NCBI RefSeq assembly: GCF_963921235.1 | Contig: NC_086106.1 | Span: 21,824,001-21,888,000 of the forward strand | Length of the DNA stretch: 64,000 nt | From: Mobula hypostoma | Lineage: Eukaryota | Reading direction: 5' to 3' | Shown: one piece after another, positions 52,914 through 64,000 of the stretch | Layout of the letters: each line of letters begins with the position of its first letter | How positions within the stretch are numbered: the stretch's first letter is position 1 | Notes under the pieces: generated by a model | Database searches by the model: none | Told to the model about the DNA's origin: nothing | Seen by the model: the letters and a program-made list of their open reading frames with translations, nothing else | Translations under genes and position numbers: made by a program

Positions 52914-54147
52914 GACTTGTAGTGATAGTTCAGTAGTCAAAAGAACACACAAGACATTCTCTGGACGTGAACTGCACACCCCGATGGTAAGCTACCTTCC
53001 AGGAGCCAGGGGTAGGGAAATCTCCGATCGTGTCCACGGCATTTTGAAAGAGGAATGAGGGGCTACCACATGTATTGGTACTGATGGCATAAAGGGAAAA
53101 GCATAGAGGTCCTGAGGAGAGAATTTATAGAGCTTGGCTGAGAAGCAAAACATCGAAGTTTGTAATTTCAGGATAGCGATATGACCACGAACCAGTGAGT
53201 GCAGAAGCAGGACGGTTTGACAGATCAATGCGCGGTCGAGAAGCTGGTGCAGGAGGCGGGACTTATGGTTTGCTAAATCATTAGGGTATCTTCCCTGGGA
53301 TGTATGACCAGTGCAAAAGGGACGTATTCTATCTGAGCGCGAGGGGAACCAATATTCTGCTGGGCAGCTCCGTTTAGGCTATTGGGGTGGGTTTAAACTT
53401 ACTTGGCAGGGACGGGAACCACAGTGAAGGCAATCTGAATAGGACACATGATAAAAAAAAATATAGCGTACAGTTAGAATGACAGGAAGGGCATGCAGAT
53501 GATAGGACAAATTTTCAGCCAACAGGGTAAGTAAAATTGCATTAGGGATGCAGAATCAAAAATGGTAATAAATAAAATACACCAAGTCTTTTGTTTCAAT
53601 GCACGAAGTATAAGAAATAAAGTGCACGGTCTTCCTGTGCATATAAAGGTAACTCCCGCTTCGGCTAGCCACTTAATATATGGAGTGAGAGCCCCCTGCT
53701 CAGCCAAACTTAAGAAATCTCGTTTGGGTGGACGCGAAGTTGGGTGTTACAAATCACTACCCCGAAAGGACAAACAGAACACAATATGCGATTAAACGAT
53801 TAAGCTCTATAATTCTTACTTTGACTATATGGTTAGTAAAGAATAAAAAAAGTAAAAAAAAAGAGACCAATTTTATTAAACAGTCTGTTGCGCTATGTTG
53901 AAGCTCACTGATAAGCCGATCGTCCACCATCGATGTGCTCCGATCGCCGCAACCCTTTGGACTCCCGCTCCAAGTCCACTCCGTCCGTCGGTCTACCAAC
54001 TCTCTCCATCTGCGTCTTCTCTCCTCATCCCTCCTCGGCAAAAGACCGCTAAAATCTCTCTTCCAGCTCACAAGAAAGAACAGCAGGATAGCAAACCCCG
54101 TTGTCTCTAATCAAAACCCAAGCTTTGCTGCTACACTAAAACATATT

Positions 54148-57100
54148 TGTCACGGTTCGGTACGTTTGCTCTTCATTTCAGTTAATTTTATTTCCCCCGT
54201 TTTCTACGGAGCTCCGTGATTAGAGCACCTTGAATTTTCATCCGAACCAGCAGCATAAAGATTCCGGTTTACATCTGATCGGGGAAGCTCCGTCTCCTGA
54301 GCAGTGCGGCAATTCACGTACCGGGCCGCCGAGAACAGTGCACTCTAAGTTGCTTCGGCTGATTGTTGAATTCTGTCGTTGTCCTGTTCAGCTGAGATTG
54401 CCGACCGTCTGCCAATACTCCCATTCAGGATACGAATTCTGTCGTTTACGTGGGCAGCTGAGAATTACTGGTCGCTTATCGCTACTCAGAGTCAAGATAC
54501 CAATTGTCCGTCGCTGTTTGAGTTGGCGTCTCGTGTCCAGCTGAGGGTTGCAGGCCGTTTGCCGCTACTCCGGGTCAAGATACGAACTGTCTGTCATCTC
54601 CCCTTCCCCCACCACCACTCTGCAACCCCTTATACCACAGAGCTCGTCGTTAGCTCTTGGGCACTCAGAGGCTCCATCTTCCACTCACCCCAACCCGCCC
54701 CTCCCCACTCACGCTACCAGCCTCCCTACCACTCCCTCCTCTGATCTCAGCTGTCATCCGTGCCGGGTCTTTTCCATCCCTCCCTTTAGCCCACATCACA
54801 ACGAGTTCCGCTTGCGCCATGACGCGGAACTCTTATTCCGCCGGCTCCAACCTGGAGCCTACTTCTTCGGCAAGGACACGCCCACCACCACGGATGACCC
54901 CTTCATCCGTATTCAATCCTGCTCCTCTTCAAGGACACCCCGATCTGGTCGTCTGCCTGCTCTGAAACTCTTCATTGCTAACTGCCATCGGGACATAAAC
55001 AGTCCTCATTTCAGCACACCTTGTTCCAATTCCAACTTCACTGCTTCCGAACGTTCCGCTCTCCACTTCTTCCACACCAATCATAACCTTACTATGGAAC
55101 CCACTAATAAGTGGGGGGCTGTTTTAGTCCGGCGTACTGACCTCTACCTTGCCGAGGCGCAGCGACAACTCGCTGATAACTCCACTTATATAATCCCGAT
55201 CATGACCCCACCAAAGAGCACCAGGCTATTGCCTCCCACGCCATCACCAACCTTATCAGTTCTGGGGATCTCGAATCTCCTGCAACCAACCCTATCGTTC
55301 CCACTCCACGCACTTCCCCTTTCTACCTCCTACCCAACGTCCAGACACCTGCCTGTCCAGATAGACCCGTTGTGCAAGATTGCTCCTGCCCCACCGAACT
55401 CATTTCTTAATACCGCGGCAATGTTTTATTCTCCCTTGTTCAATCCGTTCTCACCCATCTTCGTGAAATTTCACACGCTTTGGATTTTTTTTTCAATCTT
55501 TTAAATTTCCCGGCCCCTCACCACCTTATTTTCACCATGGATGTCCAGTCCCTGTATAACCTCGTCACCAACCAGGAGGGTCTCAATGCACTCCGCTTCT
55601 TGTTCGAGTCCAGACGAAAGCAGTTGCCCTCTACCACCACTTCCTCCGTCTAGCGGCATTAGTCCTTACACTTAATTTCTCCTTTGGCTCCTCTCACTTC
55701 CACCAAACTAAAGGTGTACCCATGGGCACCCGTATGGGTCCCACCTATGCCTGCCTTATTGGTGGCTTTGTGAAAGAGTCCATGTTCCAAGCCAATGCTG
55801 ATATCCGTCCCCCATTTTCCTTCGCTACATCGACGACTTCATTGGCGCTGCTTCCTGCGCGCATGCTGAGCTCGGTGACTTCATTAAATTTGCCTCCAAC
55901 TTTCACCCTGCCCTCAAATTTACGTGGTCCATTTCCGACAGCTCCTTCCCTTTTATTGGTCTTTCTGTCTCTCTCTCTGGAGACGGCTTATATACTGATG
56001 TCTACTATATCCCTGTGAACTATCACAGCTTCCTGGACTATTCATCTTCTCACCCTGCTTCTCGCAAGAAATACCATACCCCCTCGCAATTCCTCCGCTT
56101 CCTCCGAATTTGCTCTGAGGATAAGGCCTTTATTTCTAGGACGAAGGAGATGTTTTCCTTTATTTTAAAGAAAGCTGCTTCCCTTCCACCACCATAAACT
56201 CTGCTCTCAACCGATTCTCTCCCATTTCACGCACGTCTGCTCACAGCGCATCCGCCCGCCACCCCACTAGGGATATGGTCCCCCTTGTTCTCAAGTACCA
56301 CCCCACCACCCTCCGGGTCCGACGTATATATCTCCGTAATTTCCGCTTCCTCCAACAGGATCCCACTAGCAAGTACATCTTTCCACCCCCTCCCGCCCCG
56401 TTGTGCTTTCGGCTTGCATAGCATCTTTCTCGAGTCCCTTGTCCATTCAACCTCCCCAACCTCCCCACTGCACCGACCACTGTCCCATCCCTTGCCACCG
56501 ATCTCGCTCCCGGCCCTTACCCTTGTAAGCGGAACAAGTGCTACACATGTCCTTACACTTCCTCCCACACCACCATTCAGGACCCCAGATAGTCATTCCA
56601 GGTAAGGCGACACTTCACTGTGAATCCGCTGGCATGACATCAGCGTCCGGTGCTCCCGGTACCGCGTACTATATCTTGAAGAGACTGGACGCAGACTGGG
56701 AGACCGTTTCGCTGAACACCTACGCTCTTTCCGCCAGGGAAAGAAGTATCTCCTGGTGGCCACAAATTTTAATTCCACGTCCCATTCCCATTCTGATATT
56801 TCTATCCATGACCTCTATTAATGTCAAGGTGAAGCCACACTTAGGTTGGATGAAAAGCACCTCGTATTCTGTCTGGGTAGCGTCCAACCTGATGGCACGA
56901 GCATTGACTTCTCTAACTTCCATTAATACCCCTCTGCCCCTTCTTACCCCATCCCTTATATATCTGTCTGTCTATCTATTGATTGTTTTCCTTTTTTTTT
57001 GTTACTTCTTTCTCTTCTTTTTTCTCTCTCTGTCTCTCTCACAATAACTCCATGCCTGCTCTCCGTCCTCCTTTGATGCTCCACTCCTCCCTTCTTTTTT

Positions 57101-59272
57101 CCCATGACCCTCTCGCTTCTGTAGTCTTGTATCCATATTACCAACAACTTTCCAGCTCTTCGCTCTGTTCCTACCCCTTCTGTCTTCTCCTATCATTTCG
57201 GATCTCCCCCTCCTCCTCCATTTTCAAATCTCTTACTATCTCTTCTTTCATTTAGTCCTGACGAGGTGTCTCGTCCCGAAACATCTACTGTGCTTCTTCC
57301 TATGGATGCTGTCTGGCCTTCTGCGTTCCACCAGCATTTTGTTTGTGTAGTCTGCCGTTGTTTAGTTTCCCGTCTTCTGTCCAGCTAAGGACTGCAGGCC
57401 CTTTGGCGCTACTTCGAGCCAAGATACGAATAATCTGCTGTTTTGGGGTTTTTCATCTAGTGTCCAGCCGATGGTTGTAGGTCGTTTGCGGCTACTCCGA
57501 GTCAAGATAGGAATTGTCTGTCTTTGTTTGGTTTTGTCGTTCGGCGTCCAGCTAAGTATTGCAGACCGTTTACCGCTATTCCGAGCCAAAATACTACTTG
57601 ACTGTGGGTGTTTGGTTTTGACGTCTCGTATCCAGCTGAATTTTGCACGCCGTTTGCCGCTACTGCAAGCCAAGAAACGAAATTGTTTTCTTTGTTTGTT
57701 TTTGCCATCTCAGGTCCAAGTTCAGGCAGCGAGACCGAGTCCAATCCATGCCCAGGGTTCGTTTCGGCGACCGACTCCAAGTCCAGGTTCCGCGTCCGAA
57801 TCCAAGCCCAGGATGCGCGTCCGAATCCAAAGCTAGGTTCCGCGTACGAATCCAAGTCCAGTTTCCGTGTTCGAGTCCAAGTCCCGGTTCAGTGTGCGAG
57901 TCCAAGTCCAGGTTTCCTGTCCGAGTCCAAGTCCCGGTTTCCTGTCCGAGTCCAAGTTCGGTCTCCGTGTGCAAGTGCAAGTTCAAACTCCGTGTCCAAG
58001 TTCAGGTCCGTGTCCAAGTCCAGTCTCCATTACCAAGCTCCGGGTCCAGCCGCCTCCGGTTTGTTGTCCAAGCTTCACGTCAACATTACCATTAAACTCT
58101 GTCTCTCCAGCCTTCCTTGCAACTATTAATGAGCGCACCCCCCTGTCTATGTCCTGCAATTGGGTCCGCTTCGAATCGCTAATTATAACATAACGGACCT
58201 GTCACACACGGACACAGCGGACGCTAACACTATCTTTCAAATTCTCTCTAACTAGAGTCCCCTCCTACCAAACAGTCCACCACCCGCCCTTTTCGTCGAT
58301 AATTCGGGCAACCCCGTTGAGTCGCCTGCGGGCTCCCAGGAGAGGTCCGTTGACGCATTTCAGTTAATTTCCTTTTTCACGTGTTCTACAGGGCTTCATG
58401 ATTGGGGCATCTGATCTTCGTGCGAACCAGCAGCAGTAAAACTCTGGCTTACATCTACCAAACGCTGGTCCGTCTACTGAGCAGCGCGACAATGCACGTT
58501 CCGGGCAGCCGAGTATTATGGATTCGAAGTTGCTTTTGTGCCTGGGGTTGCTTTGTGAACTCTGTCGTTTACCTGTCCAGCTGAGTTATCCGTCCGTTAT
58601 CTGCTAATCCGAGTGAAGAAACGAATTCTGTCGTTTTGTGGGCAGCTGAGATTTGCTGGTCATTTGCCGCTACGTCGAGTCATCATAGTAATTGTCTGCC
58701 GTTTAATGGTTTGTCGTATCGCGTCCAGCTGATAATTGCAGGCCGTTTGCTGCTACTCCGAGTCTAGATACGAACTGTCTGTCGTTCTTTTGTTTTACCG
58801 TCCCGAGTCCATGTTCAATTTCGAGGCCGAGGCCAAGTACAAGTCCAGGCTTCGTGTCCACGTCCGAGACCAAGTCCAGATTCCGCGTCCGAATCTAAAT
58901 CTAGGTTCCGAAGTGGATTCCAAGGCCCAGCTCCATGTCCCAGACCATGTCCAGGTTCCTTGTCCGTGTCCAAGTCCCGGCTGCGTGTCCAAGTCCAATT
59001 TCCGGCTCAGTTTCCGAGTCCAAATCCACATTTCTCTGTCTAAGTCCAAGCTTTGGTCCGCGTCCACGTTCAGGCTCCGTGCAAGTCCAGGCTCCTTGAC
59101 CAAGCTCCGGGTCCAGGATCTTCCGGTTTGTTTGCCAAGGTTCACGTCCACGTAAGCATCTATTACTGGCTCTCCGGACTTCCTTTCAACTACTAGTAAG
59201 CACACTTTTGCTAATGCTACAACCGTTACTGTGTCCTACACTTGGATCCGCTTCCAGTCGCTCATTGTAACA
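54148..59272 (+). mobile_element. Non-autonomous LTR-short internal-LTR element (LTR1 54148-58190 interrupted by Penelope; LTR2 ~58340-59272)
   Basis: Starts TGTCACGG; LTR1 ends TATAACA, LTR2 ends TGTAACA; both LTRs share cattTCAGTTAATTT, CGAACCAGCAGCA, ~65-bp and ~25-bp repeats and TTGG.TCCGCTTC ends; ACATA at 54141-45 and 59273-77 (left copy offset by 2 nt). Confidence 0.75.
54595..57348 (+). mobile_element. Long decayed Penelope-like element (RT, GIY-YIG, pseudo-LTR with degenerate hammerhead at ~57255-57288)
   Basis: FTMDVQSLY (~55530), GVPMGTRMGPTYA (55713-55750), RYIDD-like motif (~55825), GIY-YIG remnant 56590-56920; ctgacga...gaaac near the 3' end. Confidence 0.85.
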
Positions 59273-59439
59273 ACATAACGTTTTCAGTGAAAACTTACAG
59301 CATGTTGCGTAGTAGTGAAACCCTACAGCACGTTATACTCTACCCCCGCTATATTTTGTCATATCCTCATGACGTTGAGATAAATCACCAACCCTTCCTG
59401 CAAAACACAAAGCCCAGACCAGGTGTAATGTCAGTGACA

Positions 59440-62400
59440 TAGCTCCTCAAAACAGTAGGGGAATCATATTCTGTTCCCCTGGTGCTACGTAGAACCACCT
59501 ATCTAATTCTCCTAATTCTCTGAGAACTCCGCAACCCATCGTATAAATGTTCAGGTTCCGAAAGTACTGGGGTTACTTCGAGTCCATCTGGCATGGAGTC
59601 CCCTAGCTATCGCTTGTGCCCGCCTGCAACTCGGAGCCCTCGCTTTCGTGCCCAAAACCCGTTTCCTCTCCTGCAGAGTCCCGCTGCAATCTAGACTGCA
59701 TTCAGATAGCCCCTCCCCCACCACTTCACCTGTCTATATGGGAGAAGTGTCGATAGTCTCTTGATCAGTCTCTGGGAGTTAGCGAAAGGTAGCATATACC
59801 TCACATCTAGGTTCTCATCTTTCGAATCAGCTTCCCTTTCATGTGTGGGAGCCGGCTTAACCTCACTTGTTGGGGGCCCGGTAGACACCACGCGTTTTCA
59901 AAGAGTCCTCTTACTAGGTGTAGCTCAAGTCGTGCTCTTGGTCGACTCAGGGGCAACAGGTGGTTCCGATGGATAATCTTGACAGGCCGATTGCCATCCT
60001 TTGGTTTCACACGGAAAACTGATGGGTTTAGCATCTGACTCCCCACCACATAGGGCGTAGCCGCCCAGCCTTCAGCCAACTTATTATTTTTTTTTTCCAG
60101 ATAGACCTAAGATCCTTATGGGGACTCTGTTTCCCAGCAGGATTTGGGAGAAGCTGACCGTTTGATCATACCTTCTCTTATTTCCTTGATTTTGCTGGGC
60201 AGCCACGACACCAACTAATACATGAGCTCTTTTCAACTCGCATTTTATGTCAGGCACACAATTCTGATAAGTCTTCAGTGGTAAGTCACCATCGTCAGTC
60301 CCATAACATAAGTCAATGGGCAACCTTGCCTGGCGCCTAAGCATGAGACAATATGGCGAGTACCCAGTATGTTCATTTCGTGTACAATTTTATCTGTGAG
60401 TCAGATGCCCAATATGTTGACTGCACCCACGCTTCTTGCTAATCTCCAGTGTCCCGAGCATATCGAGCAAAGTCCATTTTAATCCTCTAAAGCTGCAGAT
60501 CACCCGATGGGTGAAACAGCGTGGTCCTCGGCTTCTCGACTCCAAGCATGCCCAATAACTTAAAGATGAGTCTGCTGTCCAAATTCCGTCTTTAATAGCA
60601 ATGTATCCGCCTGGCGAGTCCACTATAAATGAAATAATTCTCTTATAACACCTTCGCCACCATAGACGCCGGTGGGTTCTTGGTAGGAAAAGCCTGAGCA
60701 TATCTAATGTAGTGTTCTGTAATGACTAAAACAGTTGTTCTCTTGCTGGCATCGGATTCTATTGACAGGAAATCCATACACATGAGTCCAGAAGCCCCAT
60801 ACTCTGCAGGTCGGACAAGGGAGCTACCCACGTAGGCAAAGTCTTCTGCCGTTTATATCGAATACATGACTTGCCTTTTTTTTTTGTTCTCCGTGTCCAG
60901 CAAAACCGCTCTCTGAGCAATCCATAGGTGTTTTTCACTCCCAAATTTTCAGAATCGTCATGAAGTTATTTCAAAGCCATTCTCCGATACGTCTCGGGCA
61001 AAACCAGCTGGCAACGCTGGGGTCAGTCTGGTGGTGACAAGAGCCGGTATAAGATCTGGTACCTCAACTCTCACAGAAACTTTTCTCGTAATATTGGTGG
61101 TACCAACGCGTATTCCGTCCTCTCTGCATGAGCCATGTCTCCCTGCTCGAGCGCTGCCCAAATTGGATCAATGACCGGATAATCTCGCTGGACGACATCC
61201 ACTTCCCCGGAACTCAATCCCGTCAGCTGATTTGTCTTCAGAACAGTCAGGTTACAATAAACTTGGGGGATGAGTCATCAGAAGCTCCCAAACGATCCAC
61301 CGCTCGCTCCAGCCCCTCCTTTTCCATTGTTTTCATGGTGATAGTAAACTAACTCAGGGCCTTCTCCCTCGGGGCACGAACGCGCTCCCACTCCTCGACC
61401 CTCCTCATCCATTTGAGCAAAGTATCAGCATCAATGTTCCTGCTTCCTGGCCGTTACGTCAGGCTGAATTCATAGGTAGTCAATGCCGGCAAACACCGAT
61501 GGCCTGTGGCATCCAGTTTCGCCGAAGTCCGGATGGAATTTATGGGGTTGTTGTCCGTCCTCACCTCAAACTTGTCCCCGCAGAGGTAGTCAATCAGCCT
61601 ATCTACCATCGCCTGTTTCAAAGACAGAAATTCCAATTTGTGCGTGGGGAAGTTTTTTTTTTTTATTTGCCGCAGTGTGCGACAAACTCCAGCTGACAAA
61701 CGCAACGGTCCTCAAACTGAAGCCCTGATCCTGGTACAGTACGCCCCCTAAACTGTCTTGTTTGGCATCCGTGTGCAGTACATACGGTAATCGGAGGTCA
61801 GCAAAAGCCAGCACCGGCGACTGAGTCAAAAGCTCCTTCAGCGACTGAAAGGCCACCTCACATTTTGCATCCTACCTCGGTCCAAAGGGCTCCGACCGGC
61901 TAAGGTACTCTCCACACTCCAGTCCCTTTATCCCCTTCGTTTTCTTCCGTAAGGGAGGGTAACCGCACAAAAGCTTATTTGAAGGTTACGCACTCTCACG
62001 TAGCCTTTAACATACCTCCGAGTGGAACCACATAACCCAAGGAAGGAGCGCAGTACACACACAGTGTAGTGTCTTGGCCAAGTGGTAAGGTAACCGCCAT
62101 GATCTTAGAATGGTATAGCTACAACATCCCGGGAAACTATGTGCCAGCCTAGCTAACAGACGTTTGGCAGACCTGGCACTTTTCCAGGGGCAGTTTTATC
62201 TCTTCAGCTTCCAGGCGGCCCGACATCTTCATCAGCCTTGATTCATGTTCTTTTAATGTGGATCCAAATACTATGAGGTCATCCAGCTATACCAATACCT
62301 CAAGCAAGTTCATATCCCTCATGTCTACTCCATGACCCGCTGGAAGGTTGCAGGAGCTTCCGAGATGTCCTGGGGCATTATTTCGAACTGTAAAAACCCC

Positions 62401-64000
62401 AGGGGACACATAAATGCCGTTTTCTCTTTGTCGGCCTCGCTCATGGGTATCTGGTAACATTCACTCCTCAAGTCCAGCACACTGAACCAGTTCTCAACAC
62501 TCAGGCATTAAACACGTCTTCAATCCTTGGGAGAGTATAGTGGGTCAGTATATTCGGGACAGACATATAGTCCATATACATCCATACATTCCCATTCTTG
62601 TTTTGGGCCACTTCTAATCAGGACGCATCGGGGCTTCGGGGCGCTGTGATGATCCCTGCTTCCTTCAAGTTACACAAATGCTGCCGAACGTTCTCCGCCT
62701 CTGGAGTGACCTGTCTCTGCGATCTTTCTTTGAACGGTATATCCTCAGTCACCTGCATAGTGGACGTGTGCTCCTGGGAAAAAAAAACAGATCAAACTCG
62801 TCAGTGGAAAGACACCTTCCATCTTTAACATTTTCTCAATTAGCCTCCTCTTCTTACCCGCAGGAACCGGGGAATCTCAGAAGTTGAATGACGCAGTGGT
62901 GAACTTTCCCGCCTTTTCCAATAATTTTACAACGGCGTGTCTAACAGGGGCAGTGGACATTACCATCACCGGGAGCAAATGCGCCGGGAGCATTCCTCGC
63001 TTGAAAATGACCTCCCTCTTTGCAGTGGCCTCAACAGTACCACAGCAGAAATTCCTGACTTCCCATTGTGGTCTTCCGGAGTGTATTCTAAGGGGTCTTC
63101 CCATCACCCGCGCCACTTCCCTGGGACGTACCACCACTGGCTTCCACTTGGTGAACCACACAGTCCCTTGTTTAAATTCGGTATCTGGCCTAATGCTACC
63201 ACGCACTTCCTGAAAAGCAACTCGAACTTCCGGCTGCACGGACAATATTCCTGGAAAGCTCTTGCTACTCTACTCCTTGCAGGCCCCCAGTGGGCCTCTT
63301 CACAGCAGGGGTGTTATTCCTCACTAGAGTTAAAACGCCGTCCTTCTCAAGGGGTCCGGATAAACCAGCACCAATGTATAAAGGACCCCAGGCACACCCG
63401 CATCGGCCTCGGTGAACTCCAACTTCACTGACAAATAACCGTCGTATGGATAATCACTGGTACTAAGCCGCCAAATCTCCAGCGCCCTGAATGGTGTTAA
63501 TGATAAATAAATCAGATACCGGTTGTAAACGGAATGGTACAACTACACGACCTCCGACTTGCGGTTGAGTATTGCTTTTGCACAAATACTCTGTATTCGT
63601 AACGTCACATTGCAGCATGGACCCACTAGGCCTTCCGGAAATGGGTCGTTCGTTTTCGGGGGTATTTTCGTACATTGCTGGGAACGTGCTCCCCAGAGAC
63701 ACCAGGCATTCCATCATTGTGTCTCAACTGGGTTTCCCCAACGTCTCTTCCTGCTGAGGTACCCAGGGGCTCAATCTCCTTCTGGTGTGACAACTGCTGC
63801 CAGCAGCCCTATGCATTTTTCGTCCCCTTGGGGAATATATGCCCTCATCAGCTCCATCATAAGTGGGCGGGGGGGGGCGGGTAGTCACACCTGCTGATCA
63901 TAGCCGACATATATTCCTTCTTAACTCTGCCACAATGACTTCTACCGCTCCCGGGGTGGGCTATCTGTGGTTACTTCACCGCTGGGGTCTACTAACGAGG
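59440..64000 (-). mobile_element. Decayed Ty3/Gypsy internal region (gag/PR-RT-RH-INT order), continuing beyond the window
   Basis: Minus fragments: YPYDGYLSVKLEF (PR region, 63330-63542); RT near 62250-62650; VLHTDAKQDSLGGVLYQ and HKLEFL...FEVRTDNNP (RNase H); CMDFLSIE...VITEHYIRYAQAFPT (integrase). Confidence 0.85.

Larger units (their letters stand above)
52270..53645 (+). mobile_element. Decayed CR1 5' part (ORF1 and start of endonuclease), cut off by a Gypsy LTR
   Basis: SCLHLHLLENRVRDLRQQLD (ORF1); MVSYLPGARGREISDRVHGILK (esterase); CFNARSIRNKV (endonuclease start). Confidence 0.75.
53648..59439 (-). mobile_element. Probable 3' LTR of the Gypsy element at 59440-64000, split into 59273-59439 and 53648-54147
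   Basis: Minus strand begins TGTCA at 59439, right after the Gypsy 3' region, and ends ...GGGAGTTAC at ~53648; minus-strand AATAAA-type signals in between. Confidence 0.55.

Noticed and set aside
57471-59205. Ser/Pro/Val-rich ORFs, and the regular ~25-bp and ~65-bp repeats as a CRISPR-like array
   Set aside because: Contiguous degenerate tandem repeats within LTRs, with no unique spacers and no cas genes, in eukaryotic DNA

Overview
Vertebrate nuclear DNA, almost certainly from a cartilaginous fish. The Ig exons are shark/ray-type and the CR1 and Penelope repeats look batoid; the taxon is inferred, not proven. The only host gene is a decayed IgM heavy-chain cluster on the + strand (~21.3-29.2 kb) with CH1-CH4, secretory tail, polyA signals and TM exons. 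It is preceded by a ~40-bp V 3' end (DDTAIYYCA), 26 extra nt and a near-consensus 12-bp-spacer RSS ending 32 nt before the CH1 exon. No V body or J segment is recognisable. The rest is dominated by retroelements: several CR1 LINEs, a Rex1-like fragment, a full-length L1 broken only at poly-T runs, four Penelope-like copies with minimal hammerhead ribozyme motifs, a Tc1 fragment, a solo LTR and a decayed Gypsy. There are also three related non-coding elements built as LTR, ~150-190 bp spacer, LTR; two of them show a Tf1/sushi-type self-priming signature. Coordinates were read by eye; ends of decayed repeats are approximate.
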